Shown here in pieces: positions 42,854 to 55,820 of a stretch of DNA of 64,000 nucleotides. Both the position numbers and the translations under genes were made by a program. Origin of the DNA: Paramecium tetraurelia (Eukaryota); assembly GCA_000165425.1 (NCBI GenBank), contig CT868507.1, positions 1-64,000 of the forward strand, given 5' to 3'. The notes under the pieces are model-generated. The model was not told the origin of the DNA. It searched no databases and was given only the letters and a program-made list of their open reading frames with translations. Each line of letters opens with the position of its first letter. Position 1 is the stretch's first letter.

Positions 42854-45017
42854 TCAACCTGTATAGATTAATCTTTCATAATAACTTAATTTAAAGTCTC
42901 TTATACCCCATGTCATACTTACCGAATTGCTGGTGGAAATTAACAAAAATACTTGAGAATTTGTGTGATCGTATATTTCTTCTATTGAGTAAAAGTAACT
43001 GTTAGTAGATGCATCGCAATACTTCATAGTTTTAGGTTGAAGATATTTTTCAAATGCTCGCTTTCCATCAATATCAAAGACTAGGATGATATTTTAATCA
43101 GTTACTGCTTTGAGTACAATTTTGAATTAAATTTTAATTTTTTCATGTTCAGGAATGTTTTTAATGATTTTTCTCAAACTTGAATTCTAATCTAATGATG
43201 AAGTGCCTCCAAAAAAGGTTTTGGAAGAACAAAGAGTTAATTAAAATGTGGTTGGTGTGTATACCCAATCCTTGTAATCATTGCTATCTAAAATGTAATC
43301 TGTAAATTCAGTTGGCATCTACCTCTTATCAATTGTTAATGCAAAGTTCCTTATTCCCCAATAACCAGTTGCTCCTGCAAGTTAATTAGTGTATATTTGT
43401 ACAATTAGTATATTTTATGAATGAGCGATTCCAGGAATATTAACAACTATTCTTTTGTCGTAATCAGCATTGCTTCCACAAAAAGGAAGTCCATCATTAA
43501 TTGTCGCTGTAATTAAGGACACTTATTTGACTTCAACATCATCTACCAATACAAACAGTTTTTCCCCTGTAAACTAATCAATCTAGTAAAAAGTAAATGA
43601 AATTGAAATCGAAGTATGAGTTTGTGTTAATTATTAGGTTTTTTGAAAGTAATTGCCCCCTTAAAAGAAAGTAGCAGCAGCAACAAGACTATCCATACAA
43701 TTTTTAATTGATAACGGGGTTGCCTTTATCATTTGCCAACCATCATAATTAGTAAAAGTTGTCTCTGTAAATACCGAATAGAATAGAAACAAATTATAAC
43801 GAACATCATCTATACAACCTTAAGGACCTGGCCCTTTGCAAGAATATATACATGAAACATCACATTTTTTGATATAAACTTCAAAATCTCGTATTCCCCA
43901 TTTTATTTTTGAATCACTAAATATGTAATTAGTGGGATAAGTGGAATAGGTTAAAAATTGTTTGGTATGACTTGCTTCAAATTTAATAGAATCATAAATT
44001 TCTCCAGATGGACCAGCATCAGAATATTCAAAAATACAAAGATGAGGTGGTGTGCTTAGAATAAAACCAAAAGATTTTGTTGTAATTATGATTCCATCAA
44101 TTTCCATCACCCAATTGTATGAATATCTAGGGAGAGTGTCGTATAATAACTAGTGATAGGAAATCTTGACTTTATAATGGAGAGGCAATTCTATGGTTTT
44201 AGTAATTTATTAATTTAATAAACCGAAACCAAAGTAGGGAGTATCAAAGCTGGTGCCTAAAATTTAATTATATTTACTATGACAGTTTTCTAGAGACATA
44301 TAAGTGTTTTTGTCCGCATTATTAAACTTAGTACTTATAAACCATCCTTCTGTGTCAAATGTTAAAATTTGTTGACCAATTAATGATCTATATTGCAGTT
44401 TCCAACTGTTACAAACCAATGCATTATCACATGATTCGCATCCACTTGGACATGTTTCAACATAAAAGTAAAAGTCTCTTAGGCCATAGTATGTTTGATT
44501 TTTTTCATCCGATCCAAATTAAACTTAAATTAAGGCTGAAGTAGCATGGTGAAACTCAGTTACATCAAAATTACTTTTTATATAAATATTTTGGTTATTA
44601 GGATCCCGATAGTACACTCTCATAAAGTTGGTCATAGAAATTTTGCCATCAACTATGATTCCTCCCATATTTTAAGCATATTCACCAGTAATTTTACTTT
44701 CATATTAGATGATAATACATCATAGTCGTCCCCTTAACTCTAATCGCATAATGAGGTGGCAATGAATAGAACATTTTAGATATTCCATCTGCGTTCAACA
44801 ATTATCCTGCGAATGCATTCAATCCAAAATAGTTTTAACCCTCATAAGCTTCAGCAGTTAAGACTACGCTTCTATTTACATATTCATTCCATCCTATTTA
44901 TCAGAATAATTATTAACCTTCATTTGTCGTAAAGCCATTTGTGGTAAACGAGGAGCCAAACACAACTTCACTACCAAGGACTTCATAAGTGAAACACAAA
45001 AAAACCATTAAATACAT
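42854..45017 (-). CDS. Secreted protein with four tandem ~170-aa domains each ending in a (W/Y)G(I/L)R(D/N)F motif
   Basis: Signal peptide MYLMVFLCFTYEVLG; units contain P(P/L)HY-like motifs and end YYGLRDF, WGIRDF, WGIRNF, WGIRDF; the first two are followed by CxxxC. Confidence 0.8.
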
Positions 45018-45309
45018 CACCAAAAATTTAATATAATATAAACTGTTTCTCCCCTTTATAAATTCTTAAATAAAAATCAAAACGATAACCAAGTTGCTGC
45101 TGGGAATGACACCTTCTGAACATAAAAACACTCAAAAAAAAAGAGAACCCATTCCAAGATTCTTTAATAAAAAGGTTTTTACATTTCTCATTCTAACTCT
45201 CAATTAAAGTAAAAGATATGATAATTATAAGATTTAAAAAAATAAAAGAAATTACACAAATATATAAAGCCAATCAATTTAATTACAATATTAATTAGAA
45301 ATTATTGCG

Positions 45310-46495
45310 ATCTTTCTTAATATTAAAATCCTTCAAATTATTCCTGGCTTTCTAGTATCATATGTTAATGCAATCTTATGATTTAATTGTATTCTTCATC
45401 CTCATAAATAATCTGTGATTTATCAAAATTATCTTAGCTATTAGGAATGAATGGGGCCTTTAATTACTTTTGAATTAGCAATTCAAATGAAAAATTCATA
45501 AACCATCTATGCTATCTTGGAATTATTAATCTGTTCTGTGGCTTCCTTTATAATAGAAATTTATGAAATCAATTGACTCTTTAGACCATCCTTCATTGGA
45601 TCTTTGGATAAAAACTTATTTAGCAAAGATCTATTCTCTAATTTCCCGTCTATTTCCATAATATGGCCTTCTTCCTGTCATGAATTCATAGCAAATTACT
45701 CCAAAATCAAAAAAATCGATAACTGCTCCATGATCTTATCGGAATATGACTTCAGGTGACATAAAACCAGGGGTGCCACGTGTTTTCGAAATTTTAGCCA
45801 GTTTTTTTAACAGCTAAACCAAGATCAATAATCTGAACATAAACTGAATTATCCAAAATTAAATTTTATGGTTTGATATCTCTATGTATTATATTATTCT
45901 CATGCAAATACTCCAGTCCCACTATAACACAAGCAGCGAAAAATTCTATTTTAATAATAGGAGTTTTGCAATAATTGTTTGTTATTCTGCAAATTTCCTC
46001 TATCTTCCTAAGTGATATGGTAGATCACCACCTCCCAAATAATCTAGAACCAAATAGAGATTCTAATTATCTTGAAAGGCTGCAAAAATATTGATTACGA
46101 AATTGTGTCTCAATTGAGTTAAAAATTATAATTCTCTCATTATGCAATGTACACTTTATTTCAAAAGCACTAAAGCTTTACTGATTTCTTTCATGCAAAG
46201 ACTTATTTTATAAATGACTTTCCAGACTCTTCTAATTCCACCTACCCCAATAACATATTACATGAGAACATGATATTTATTGAGAGTGATGTCCACTTCT
46301 ACAGAATTGTCCCTTGAATGTTGTCTTGTATGGGTCTATATTTTGTGGGTGCCTTTTTCTCAGAAGTTCTCCTACGATTTAACATTTAATATTTTGAAGG
46401 AGACTATTGAAGGAAACATCACACTTGACTTGGTTGTTATTTTTATAAGGTGATGAATATCTTCTAATTTTTATTTTTAACTTTGTTTCTGTCAT
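45310..46495 (-). pseudogene. AGC-family Ser/Thr kinase pseudogene
   Basis: GVGG, MKE, LDYLGGGDL, HRDIKPQNL, DLGLA, GTPGFMSPE and KAPFIP are recognisable but split across frames (near 45785, ~45560, ~45490) with no rescuing introns. Confidence 0.8.
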
Positions 46496-46700
46496 TGGAT
46501 GACGCAAGCTAATTAATTTTAATTAATAAACAGCTATAATTATAATGTGTCAATCTATCCTCTACTATATTCAGATATGATCATTTCTTAATAAATGAAA
46601 TTATTTATACAGAATATTTCTTTATTAATCATTATAAATTTCCATCTCCCACTTTAATGTTTATTTTAATTAAAAAGTCGTCTGTATTAAATTAATTATT

Positions 46701-49020
46701 ATGCTATATAAAGTTTTAACTTGTCTTTCATATTTTGATAGATTTGGAGCTGAGGTGAAACTCAACTTCAGAAAAAAAGAGACTCATCAATCTCCCTTTG
46801 GAGGATTTTGTACAATTATACTAGTTTTTGTTTTAACTGTGATATTCACTCGAGGAGCGATTGCTCTTATATAAAAAGAAACATTCACTGTATGACATAT
46901 TGATAATCTAACAAGATCTCCTCAAACAAAGTACTTAATGTTGATCCTCCAATCACTTAACTCCAATTCAGTGATTTCATGATGGCATTCTAAGCAGATA
47001 GCCCAATCGCAAATGGAACCAAACGATTGTTTAATTTCATCCTTACTTCTTATGTGTAGATGATTGATGAAAATGGAAATATGACCAAAACATAAACATA
47101 ATCCTACAATTTAGAATAATGCACTATATCACATTTTGTTGAGTTTGATGAATCAAACACCTACAATGTAACAATTTTTAGTCACCATAGAAACTGCTAA
47201 GGGATCAATTGTCTGATTATTAATGTCTACCTCTTAATTACAGCCTTTAAATATAAGGTACCTACAATTCAAATATATTTTAATATGGTAAAATATAGGT
47301 AACAATCTGTTCGTCAGATGATTGTTATACATCCCCAGAACTTCAACAATTCGAACAACTAGGTTATTTCAATAACAGTTTTAAAATTAACACTCTTATT
47401 CTAAACAGGGTCCCAAATTTGAATATGCAGAGTAATTACATCTCTTATATTTACTCTGATTACTACGTCTAAGCTAAAATTGGATTAGAAACAAAGACTG
47501 ATGTATTTTTAGAATAACAACAATTATCCATAGAAAAGTCAGTCATTCCAGGAATAAAAGATCTAGAAGTAGATTCAGTATTTTCATTAATGGATAATAA
47601 ATTGTAAGCTTCCTCAGTTTTTACTTCGAACATTACAAAAGTTGCTTCCTTTTTTATTAGACTGTCATAATCCGAAATGCATTATTATAAACAGTATTAT
47701 CGATTTGATGAATTGTTTTCCTATGTTGGAGGAATCACTTAGTTCCTTGCTACTATTTTAGGATATTTCATATTAAAATATAATTAAGCAGGATTATAGA
47801 TCAAATTAGCCAATGCCTTATATTAGTTTGATATGCCAGAGAAGAAAAAAGGTGAGACAGTGTTCTCCTTTGAATCACTCGTCAATAAAATTTTTGAATC
47901 TCTCAAATCCATTGAAGATGTAGTATCAAAATTCAAAACTAGTGCTCATAGACTTATCACATTGACAAGATTGGCAGGAGCACTTAAATTTCCTAATTAA
48001 CATGTCTAATAAACTGATAAAGTCGACGAAGAAATTGCGAATCAAATAACACTTAGACTAGAAACTTAAAACGACAATTTACAGTCAGAAAAATTATAAT
48101 TTTCTCATGAAAGTAATTAAACTTTTTATTTGGAATAAGACAAGAAGAAATTTTTAACTCTTATCATCTAACTAATTTTGGAGAGTAGAAAAAAACTCTC
48201 CTTTGGTGTTCATTTTATTGCGAAATAAGTTTCTAGTTCTTTGAAAAAAAATTCGAAAGTTAATTATTAATCCTAATTATTCGAAAAGTCTAGAAATATG
48301 ATATTGAGAGATATGGACATTCTAGTCATTATGAGCAAGGTGTAAGAGATTGAAAAAATTAAGCATGTCATTTTTAATAAAACTTAAAGAAAAGTATTTA
48401 ACTATCTATAAAAACCTGTTGTTTGTGTTAAGGATAAAATCAACCAAGTCAAGTATGATCATAACTTAATTCAAAATGATCTCTAACATAAAAGAGATGA
48501 TGCCTTAAGATTGACAATGTCTTCTAAGTCTTAACTTGGAGTGAGATAAAAATATAATACTGAAAAGAAATTTAAGAAGCTCTATGAAGCCTATGAAAAT
48601 TTAGCACTTTCAGAGGATTAAGATGAAACTGAAAAAATAATGAATCAACGATTATTATAACTAGTGGAACCAACAATACAATACAGTTTCAATTCTCTTG
48701 TAGAAATTGAAAGATTAACTAGGTAACTGAGATATAATAAAAAAAAAAGAGTGGCGACTAACGTTTTGAAACCAAAAACATTTTAAATAGGATCATCAAA
48801 TGATATTGAAGAGGATGGAGAAAGAAATGATGATATAGACTCCTTCACTCTCAATGGCTAAAAAAAAGATAATTTACACAAGAGATCCCCATAAAGTTTG
48901 AATGTGAATAGATTCAAGAATTTTAATAATATGTAGAATTCTCCAAGATGGCTTAAAGATGTGAAATTAAATCAAGTCTAATCGAAATAGGATTTAATGG
49001 ATATTGAGATTTTATTTTGA
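46701..49020 (+). CDS. Ciliate-expanded two-TM protein, paralog of 27362-29199
   Basis: [18 protein letters not shown] (TM1), [17 protein letters not shown] (TM2), [21 protein letters not shown]. Confidence 0.85.
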
Positions 49021-49494
49021 ATATATATGTTAAATCAATCTCAGCCTCATTGCTACTTCTTGAGTAGACAAAAGTAAGGCAAATCACTTATATTTTTATT
49101 AAATGCCATTTAATAATTAAAATAATCTAAGAATATTTTCGCATTATAAATGATTGTGTATCTATTTTGAGATTTTAATAGAACATTTCAGAGTGGAGTA
49201 TATGAAATTTATTATCAAGTAAAATAATCTTATTACTCTAAAGCTTATTTATAATCTACACATATAAATACACCCTTTCTAATTTTAACTTAGAGAGAAT
49301 AAATTGATTAATTTAATATAAAAAAATAAGGAAACCTTTTCTTTTTGATGCACAAAATTAATTAAAACAAATCATATAAAGTAGTTCCTAACATTTTGAT
49401 GGCTATTGTGTTAAAAAATAGCTTCATATATCAGAAAGCTTACAATAAATTGCATACTTTTTTCTCTATAATAAAGATAAGATATTTGTTTACA

Positions 49495-49940
49495 ATGGAT
49501 CCCTCTGTCACAGATAAATCCAGATTACGTGCTTAGGAGTGAGGATTCATAAGTTTTATTAGATCTGGATAAGTCTAACTCATGAATAATGATTTTCAAT
49601 GACTATCTAATCCCAAGTTGAGGATGAAAATTTTGAACTTCAACACACAAAACCTACAGTATTCTATATGACCAAAATGGGCCACCATCCTTTATCCGTC
49701 CTTTTCCTTTTTAGATGGAACAAGCGAAGCATTCGTAGAAGTTTTTTATAAGAAAAAATAATGAAGATGTTATTGAATAATTTAAACATAATAATGTAAG
49801 TCTAAGCCTACTATAAAATTGTTAATTCAAGAATAAAAAGAATTTAATATTCATGAATCAAACACATATGTCCAATTACATTTATAACAGTTTCTAAATA
49901 TTTAATTATTTTTAAAAACTGATATTTATTATGCTGATTG
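49495..49940 (+). pseudogene. Possible gene remnant
   Basis: Coding-like composition amid AT-rich DNA but with TGAs or frame changes in each reading tried. Confidence 0.3.
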
Positions 49941-50106
49941 AATTCTCTGTAGATAATTTATACATATTTAACTTTCATTGTTCATATGGTTCTCATAGGA
50001 ATGGATTCTGAAAGGAATATTAAAAAATTATAAAAATCTCACAATTAATATATATTTATACACAGTATTAAGATATTTAATTTAAATAATATTATTACTT
50101 GGACGA

Positions 50107-50802
50107 ATGTCTCAAATTAGACATTGCCAAATATGCAATACTGCTCATAATTTCAGTGTTAAAGGTCTTTTGTCCTATCCTAAACACTTTGATGACAAAA
50201 CTATCCACAAATACTATTAAAGATTGATGAAAAAGATCGAGGAACACAACATCTAATAAATTCCATTTTCAAACGATCACATATGTTATCAAATAGAAAA
50301 TGACATTTGTGAAAATTGCTGGTTGTTCATGCATCAAGGATTCTACTGCAATAAGTGCTAAATCTATAATCATAATAATGAAAATGAATATAAGATTTGT
50401 ATGTTGTGCAATGTATAATATTGCATAAATTGTGAAAACACTTTGGAATTATTCTCCCAAAATAAATTATGTCGAACCTGTGAATATAATAAGAATGAAT
50501 CATTAGGAACACCAAGCTTTCTAATTTCCTTTTTCATATCTTTACTTATTCCATGTTTTGCATGTAGTTTCTTTTTTAAAAAAATGATGAAGACAGTGGA
50601 AAAATTTCACTATACTACTTCCTAATACACTTTCGCTATGATCACCTTTGTAATAATATTCCCATTCATTTACTTTCTATCAATCATTGGTTTCGTGGCC
50701 CTATTGATCTTCAAAGTACTTGTATGGATTTTTCAAATTATGCAAAGCTTTAAGAAAGTTAGAATGATCTCTGATTATCTACATGTTTATAAATCAATGT
50801 GA
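50107..50802 (+). CDS. Cys-rich (RING/IBR-like) protein with C-terminal TM helices
   Basis: Intronless frame with several CxxC pairs (CQIC, CENC, CNKC, CMLC..YCINC, CRTC) then 2-3 hydrophobic helices. Confidence 0.7.
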
Positions 50803-50882
50803 TATACTACATTTTTAATGAGTAATTCTCACACTTTCTATATAAGTGCTGTTAATTAAATTATATTATTGGTAATCCTTTT

Positions 50883-51582
50883 ATGAATAAATTTTTAAAT
50901 CTAAGAAAACCGTCAGTATATTTCATATTAGGAGGTACCTCTTACTTAGATAGTAGGACCTGGCTCAGGTAAGGGTACATAAGGTGAACTATTAAGTAAA
51001 AACCTAAAATTTGCACATTTGTCTGCCGGATAATTGCTAAGAGATGCTGTAATTATGGAAATTTAATCATGAGATAACAAGTAATTCGGAGCACAAGAGT
51101 ACAATTGAAAATTGTATAAATAATGGAGTTATTGTTCCTGTAATTATGTTATTTGATATATTTTAGAGTCATGTAACCATTAATTTATTGGATAAAGCCA
51201 TTTTTGAAAACTAAAGTTCTGAGTCTTTTCTAATAGATGGATTCCCCAGGAATTACGAGAATATGCAATGTTGGATAGATTTGATGGATCACAAAATTAC
51301 TTTTAAGAGTGTTATTCATATTCTGTGTTCAAGAGTAAAAAGGTGTATTATTTTCAGTAATCTATGATCTCAAGAATATAGGAGAGATCAAAAACAAGTG
51401 GAAGATCAGATGACAATTTATAAATTTTAGAAAAGAGATTTGTTACTTTTGAAAATGATACTTAGAAAATAATAGAACATAATAGAAATCTAAATTAGTT
51501 GATTGAAATTGATGGAGACAATTCCATAGAAAAAGTGTAAGCATAAATATTAGAGTTATTTAATAAAAGCCTGATTCATTGA
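50883..51582 (+). CDS. UMP-CMP kinase / adenylate kinase family
   Basis: FILGGPGSGKGTQ, HLSAGQLLR, FLIDGFPRN, GRSDDN; four tiny introns. Confidence 0.95.
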
Positions 51583-52188
51583 AGAAATTCGACAATTATA
51601 TTTTATGAAAGAAATAAGTTGAAATTTAGAACAGACCACTAAATTGTTTTTATATTAAAAATTTATAATGTTACCATACGATGGAGTTCAAAGAGCTAAT
51701 TAATGCTCCCCGAGGCTGGAGTATGATCTTAATTTTCATCGCATTCCTATCCTAGACTGATATCAATATCATCTAAGTACACATACGATGCTTGCTCTAA
51801 GATTTATTAGAATTATTCTCAATATTATTATTTATGTTTGATATGAATATTATTATGGGATTCCATATATCATATACTGTTTTCATAATCTAAGATTGCT
51901 TAATTAGGGATTAGATATAAAATTAATTCTTCGTTGGTTAAAACTATTTAAAGTGATTGTTTGGAAAATGACCAATATATAATGTTTTTCAAATCTATCA
52001 GCATTTTGAGTTTATATTTGATTGACTTTTTCATAGGGATTGATGAAAGATTTAATTGATTTTGATAATATTAAATGGTAAAACAGATGAACATAGAGAG
52101 TAATCTTATATTTAAGAAGAATTATGAATTGTATTTAACTCATATTTATTTCTAAAATGTTTAAAATATAAAATTAACGATTTTCAAT

Positions 52189-54280
52189 ATGGATCAATAA
52201 CATTAATAGCATTTTCAAACTATAGAATGTGTAGTTTCTGAGAGATTAACAACCAGAGGCAAATCCTAAACTAAAGACACAATTCAAGTCTTATCCCCTA
52301 AACAAAATATAGTGTATGTCAAGAGATAGCCATAACAAATCATAACAACAACACAAGCACCAATCAGAACAGAAACCTTTGTTAAACCTATTATCTAATA
52401 AGTACAAAAAGTACAGGTAGTTGATAATAGAGATGAGGTTGAATTTTATAAGAGTAAATGTCTAATCTATGAAAAACAAATCAGTGAACTCAACATTGAA
52501 GTTACTAGATTGAGGTCTCATCCTACAATCTAAGAGAAAATCACTTACGTTGAAGATTCCCATAAAGTAGCTGAATTGGAAAGATAACTAAATATCTACC
52601 AAACTGAAATTAATAAATTAACTGCCTCTTTGAAAGAAACAAACATTGAAATTGAGACTCTTAGGATAAAGAATACATAAATAACTTCATAATTGGTTTA
52701 TTATCAATAATAAAACAGCGATTTTGATAAATTAAAGAAAACTTAAATTGACAGTGAACAATATTATTAAAATGAAATCCAAAGATTAAATATTCTCGTC
52801 TAATAGAGCTAAACCTAATTACAATCCTTGCAAGCCACTTTAATAGATGCTAAGAAGTACGAATAATTGTACATCTAACTTCAATTGACCTAAACCACTT
52901 TAACTAATGAATTAGAGAGATGTACCTAAGTTTTGAAGGTAAAACAAGAGGAATTTGAAACCACTAAATTATAGCTAATTAAAGACTTGGAAATTTAATC
53001 ATTGAGGCTGAAGGATTTCGATAGAGAAAATAAAGAATTAAAACAAAGGGAATATTCAATCTAATAATAGTTAGAAAGATTGAATAAAGAGTACTAAGAA
53101 CTTAGTGATCGATACAATAGTGATATTCGATCAAAAAATGATGAAATTGCCAGACTGACTACAGTGACTCAAACATTATAATTGACATTCTAAGATACTT
53201 CAAAATTCCAAGAATATGAACATAGATCTAAATTATAAAGTGAAGAAATTTAATTACTCAACTAAAAGATTAGAATAAAATAGGACGAGATAGATAAATG
53301 TAAATTGCAATTACATTAATACAATCTCTAATTACAGGAATATTCTAAATATGTTGATTTTGAATCTAGATATAGAAGTATTTAATAAGAATACGAAAGG
53401 ATTCACAATACTTTGAGAATGAAAGTAGAAGAAAATGATAATTTAAGATCTTGTATTTCTAAATTACAATTAACAATCAGTGACAAGTATAAATCAAATG
53501 ATTATGAAAATAAAATTGCTTTGTTGAGTTAAGAAATAGAAAGATTACATCAAAGCTTAAAAGAGTAGATAGGATGAAAATGACAGATTAAGATAAGAAC
53601 TTTACTAATTTTAATCCTCACAAAATGACTAATAAATAGCTGTCCTAAATAGTGAAATTGATAGGCTCAATACTCAACTAAAAATCAAAAGTGAAGAATT
53701 AGAAAAGAATAGAACCAATTTTAATTAGTTCTAATATAATGAATCTTCAAGACTTAAAGAAATAGAGTAGAAAAATGTTGTCTATTCAAATGAAATTGAT
53801 AGATTGAGCAATTTAGTTAGAGTCAAAATTAATGAATCGGAATAATATAAGTAGGAGCTAGTAAAATTAAGAGATTAATCCACTAAATTTACTTAAATGT
53901 ACAATGATAATGAAAAATTAACTACTTTAATAAGAGCCTTACAGGATGAAATAGATTAATCTAAAAGAAAATAAAAGTTTGATGAATCAAATATAAATAA
54001 TGAAAAAGTTTAAGTTTTAATTTAAGAATTAGATTCTTGGAAGACATAATTCATCACTCAAAATAGAGAATTTCACAAAAATTAAGAATTACTTATTTTA
54101 GCATAAGCAGAATTGGATTCTTTAAAAAATAAAAGGACTTCTACCTTAAAAGTATGATATCATTATATTCATTAGACTGAATAGTATTCTGATTTAAACA
54201 ATGAAAATAAAGTAGAGTTTAAGAAGAATCATACAACACAACCTAGTTACATATTAGGAATTTTAAATACCAAAAATTGA
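52189..54280 (+). CDS. Coiled-coil cortical/cytoskeletal protein with repeated E(I/L)xRL motifs; frame break at ~53560-53586
   Basis: Recurring ENKIALLSQEIERL / NEIDRL-type units; in-frame TGA at 53575 unless a 22-nt intron or a 1-nt correction is applied. Confidence 0.8.
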
Positions 54281-55134
54281 AATAAAATGCTATATATTTA
54301 TTATAATATTTAATAATATTGTTATGAAAATTTGTTATTCTAAATGGATTTTCATTTAATCATTCTATTTGATTGATTTTTAATATCTTTAAACAAAAAA
54401 AAATAAAATTCTATTTTATTTCAAATTTTATCAATCAATATATATTTTCATTTCTATTAATAACTCTGAACATTTAATTAGTTTCAATTATATTAGAAAA
54501 ATGGCATTTAATTACTATTTTTAAAAATGCAATAACCTTGATGGATCAATAAAATTTAGTATAGATTACTATCTTTGTCAAATATAGTTTTAAGAATTCT
54601 GAATTGAAATTTTAACCATTTCTGAAGGATAAAAAATTAAAAGGAATTAACTGAATTATAATTATCATTCAAATTTTGATTTGAAAATAGAAATAAAATT
54701 CATATATAATTCAACTCTATTACTAAAATTTACTATCATAAACTTTTGCAGATTTTAGCAGAGTTAGAATTTATTTGACTGAAATAAATAAAATAGCCAA
54801 ATATCTTACGACTTCTCATATCAGCAACATCTTAAATATTAAACAGTAGGATAATTAAATATTTAGTTGATAATTCTAATAAATTATAAATAAAAGATCA
54901 AAAATCTTAAAATAAAGAAAAAATTAACCTTATTGATAAAACACAGAAAACAGAAATTCAAAATGTTTCAATTCAGATTACAAAATACAACTATGATAAT
55001 AATTAATTTTAGTTTTAAGAAATGTGTAAAACCAATTCCTTAATTCAACCTGAAAATCTTTAATAAAAATTTTTATATAATAAACTATAATCTATAGTAA
55101 AATTTTTAGATGTTCTTCAACCTGAAGAAATCAA

Positions 55135-55820
55135 TCAATAAACTAATATAATGATCATTGGTACTAGTAATTATATTCCGTAATTGTCTTAATTTGCCTT
55201 GTCTTCTTGTTCATTAACCATTTCCAATTCTAAATTTTCTCTATTCAATTAGTTTGATGTATCTGTTTCATGTGTGCCAGATTATTCATTATTAGTTTCA
55301 ATTTTAGTAGATGAATCTTTATTAGAACCTTCCTCTCTCTTTGCAGCTGTTCTTTCAGATTTTCCTTCATCAGATCCTTCCTCTCTCTTAGCAGCTTTTC
55401 TATCAGATGTTCCTTCATCAGATCCTTCTTCTCTCTTAGCAACTTTTCTATCAGATGTTCTTTCATCGGATCCTTCTTCTCTCTTAGCAACTTTTCTATC
55501 AGATGTTCCTTCATCAGATCCTACTTCTCTCTTAGCAACTTTTCTTTCAGATGTACCTTCTTCAGAAACTTCCTCTCTCTTCACAACAGTTCTTTCAGTT
55601 TTTCCTTCTTCTCTCTTGACCACTAATTTATCTTAAGCTCCATCTCTTTTGATAACTGTTGTTTCAGATGTATCCACCTTTGCTTCTCCTTCTTATAACA
55701 CTCTTCTTTCATACTTTCTATACTTATTTTCTCATTATTTCTCCCATCCGTTACTTCTATTGCCTGAGACAAAATTAATGTCATCATTAAAAAAACGAAC
55801 AATATTGATATTTTTTACAT
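55135..55820 (-). CDS. Secreted or GPI-type precursor with KR-delimited acidic tandem repeats
   Basis: Signal peptide MQKISILFVFLMMTLILSQA, repeats KVAKREEGSDEGTSDR, hydrophobic tail YGIQLLVPMIIILVY*; needs a 1-nt correction at 55707-55709 or a 32-nt intron at 55723-55754. Confidence 0.7.
55325..55625 (-). repeat. 48-nt tandem repeat (about 6 copies plus shorter flanking units) encoding 16-aa units
   Basis: Recurrent tctctcttagcaacttttctatcagatgttccttcatcagatcc spaced every 48 nt. Confidence 0.9.

Noticed and set aside
51660..51810. Possible box C/D snoRNA or short ORF
   Set aside because: The C box is imperfect, I recognise no rRNA-complementary guide next to the CTGA, and the ORF is only ~30 codons.
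55325..55625. CRISPR-like array
   Set aside because: Units are contiguous with no unique spacers, 48 nt is a codon multiple, and the context is eukaryotic.
55245..55636. Alternative-frame repeat ORFs (MKEHLIEKLLRE.. and plus-strand SSLLATFLSDV..)
   Set aside because: Shadow frames of the 48-nt repeat; only the KREEGSDE frame reaches the hydrophobic tail and a TGA in a coherent model.
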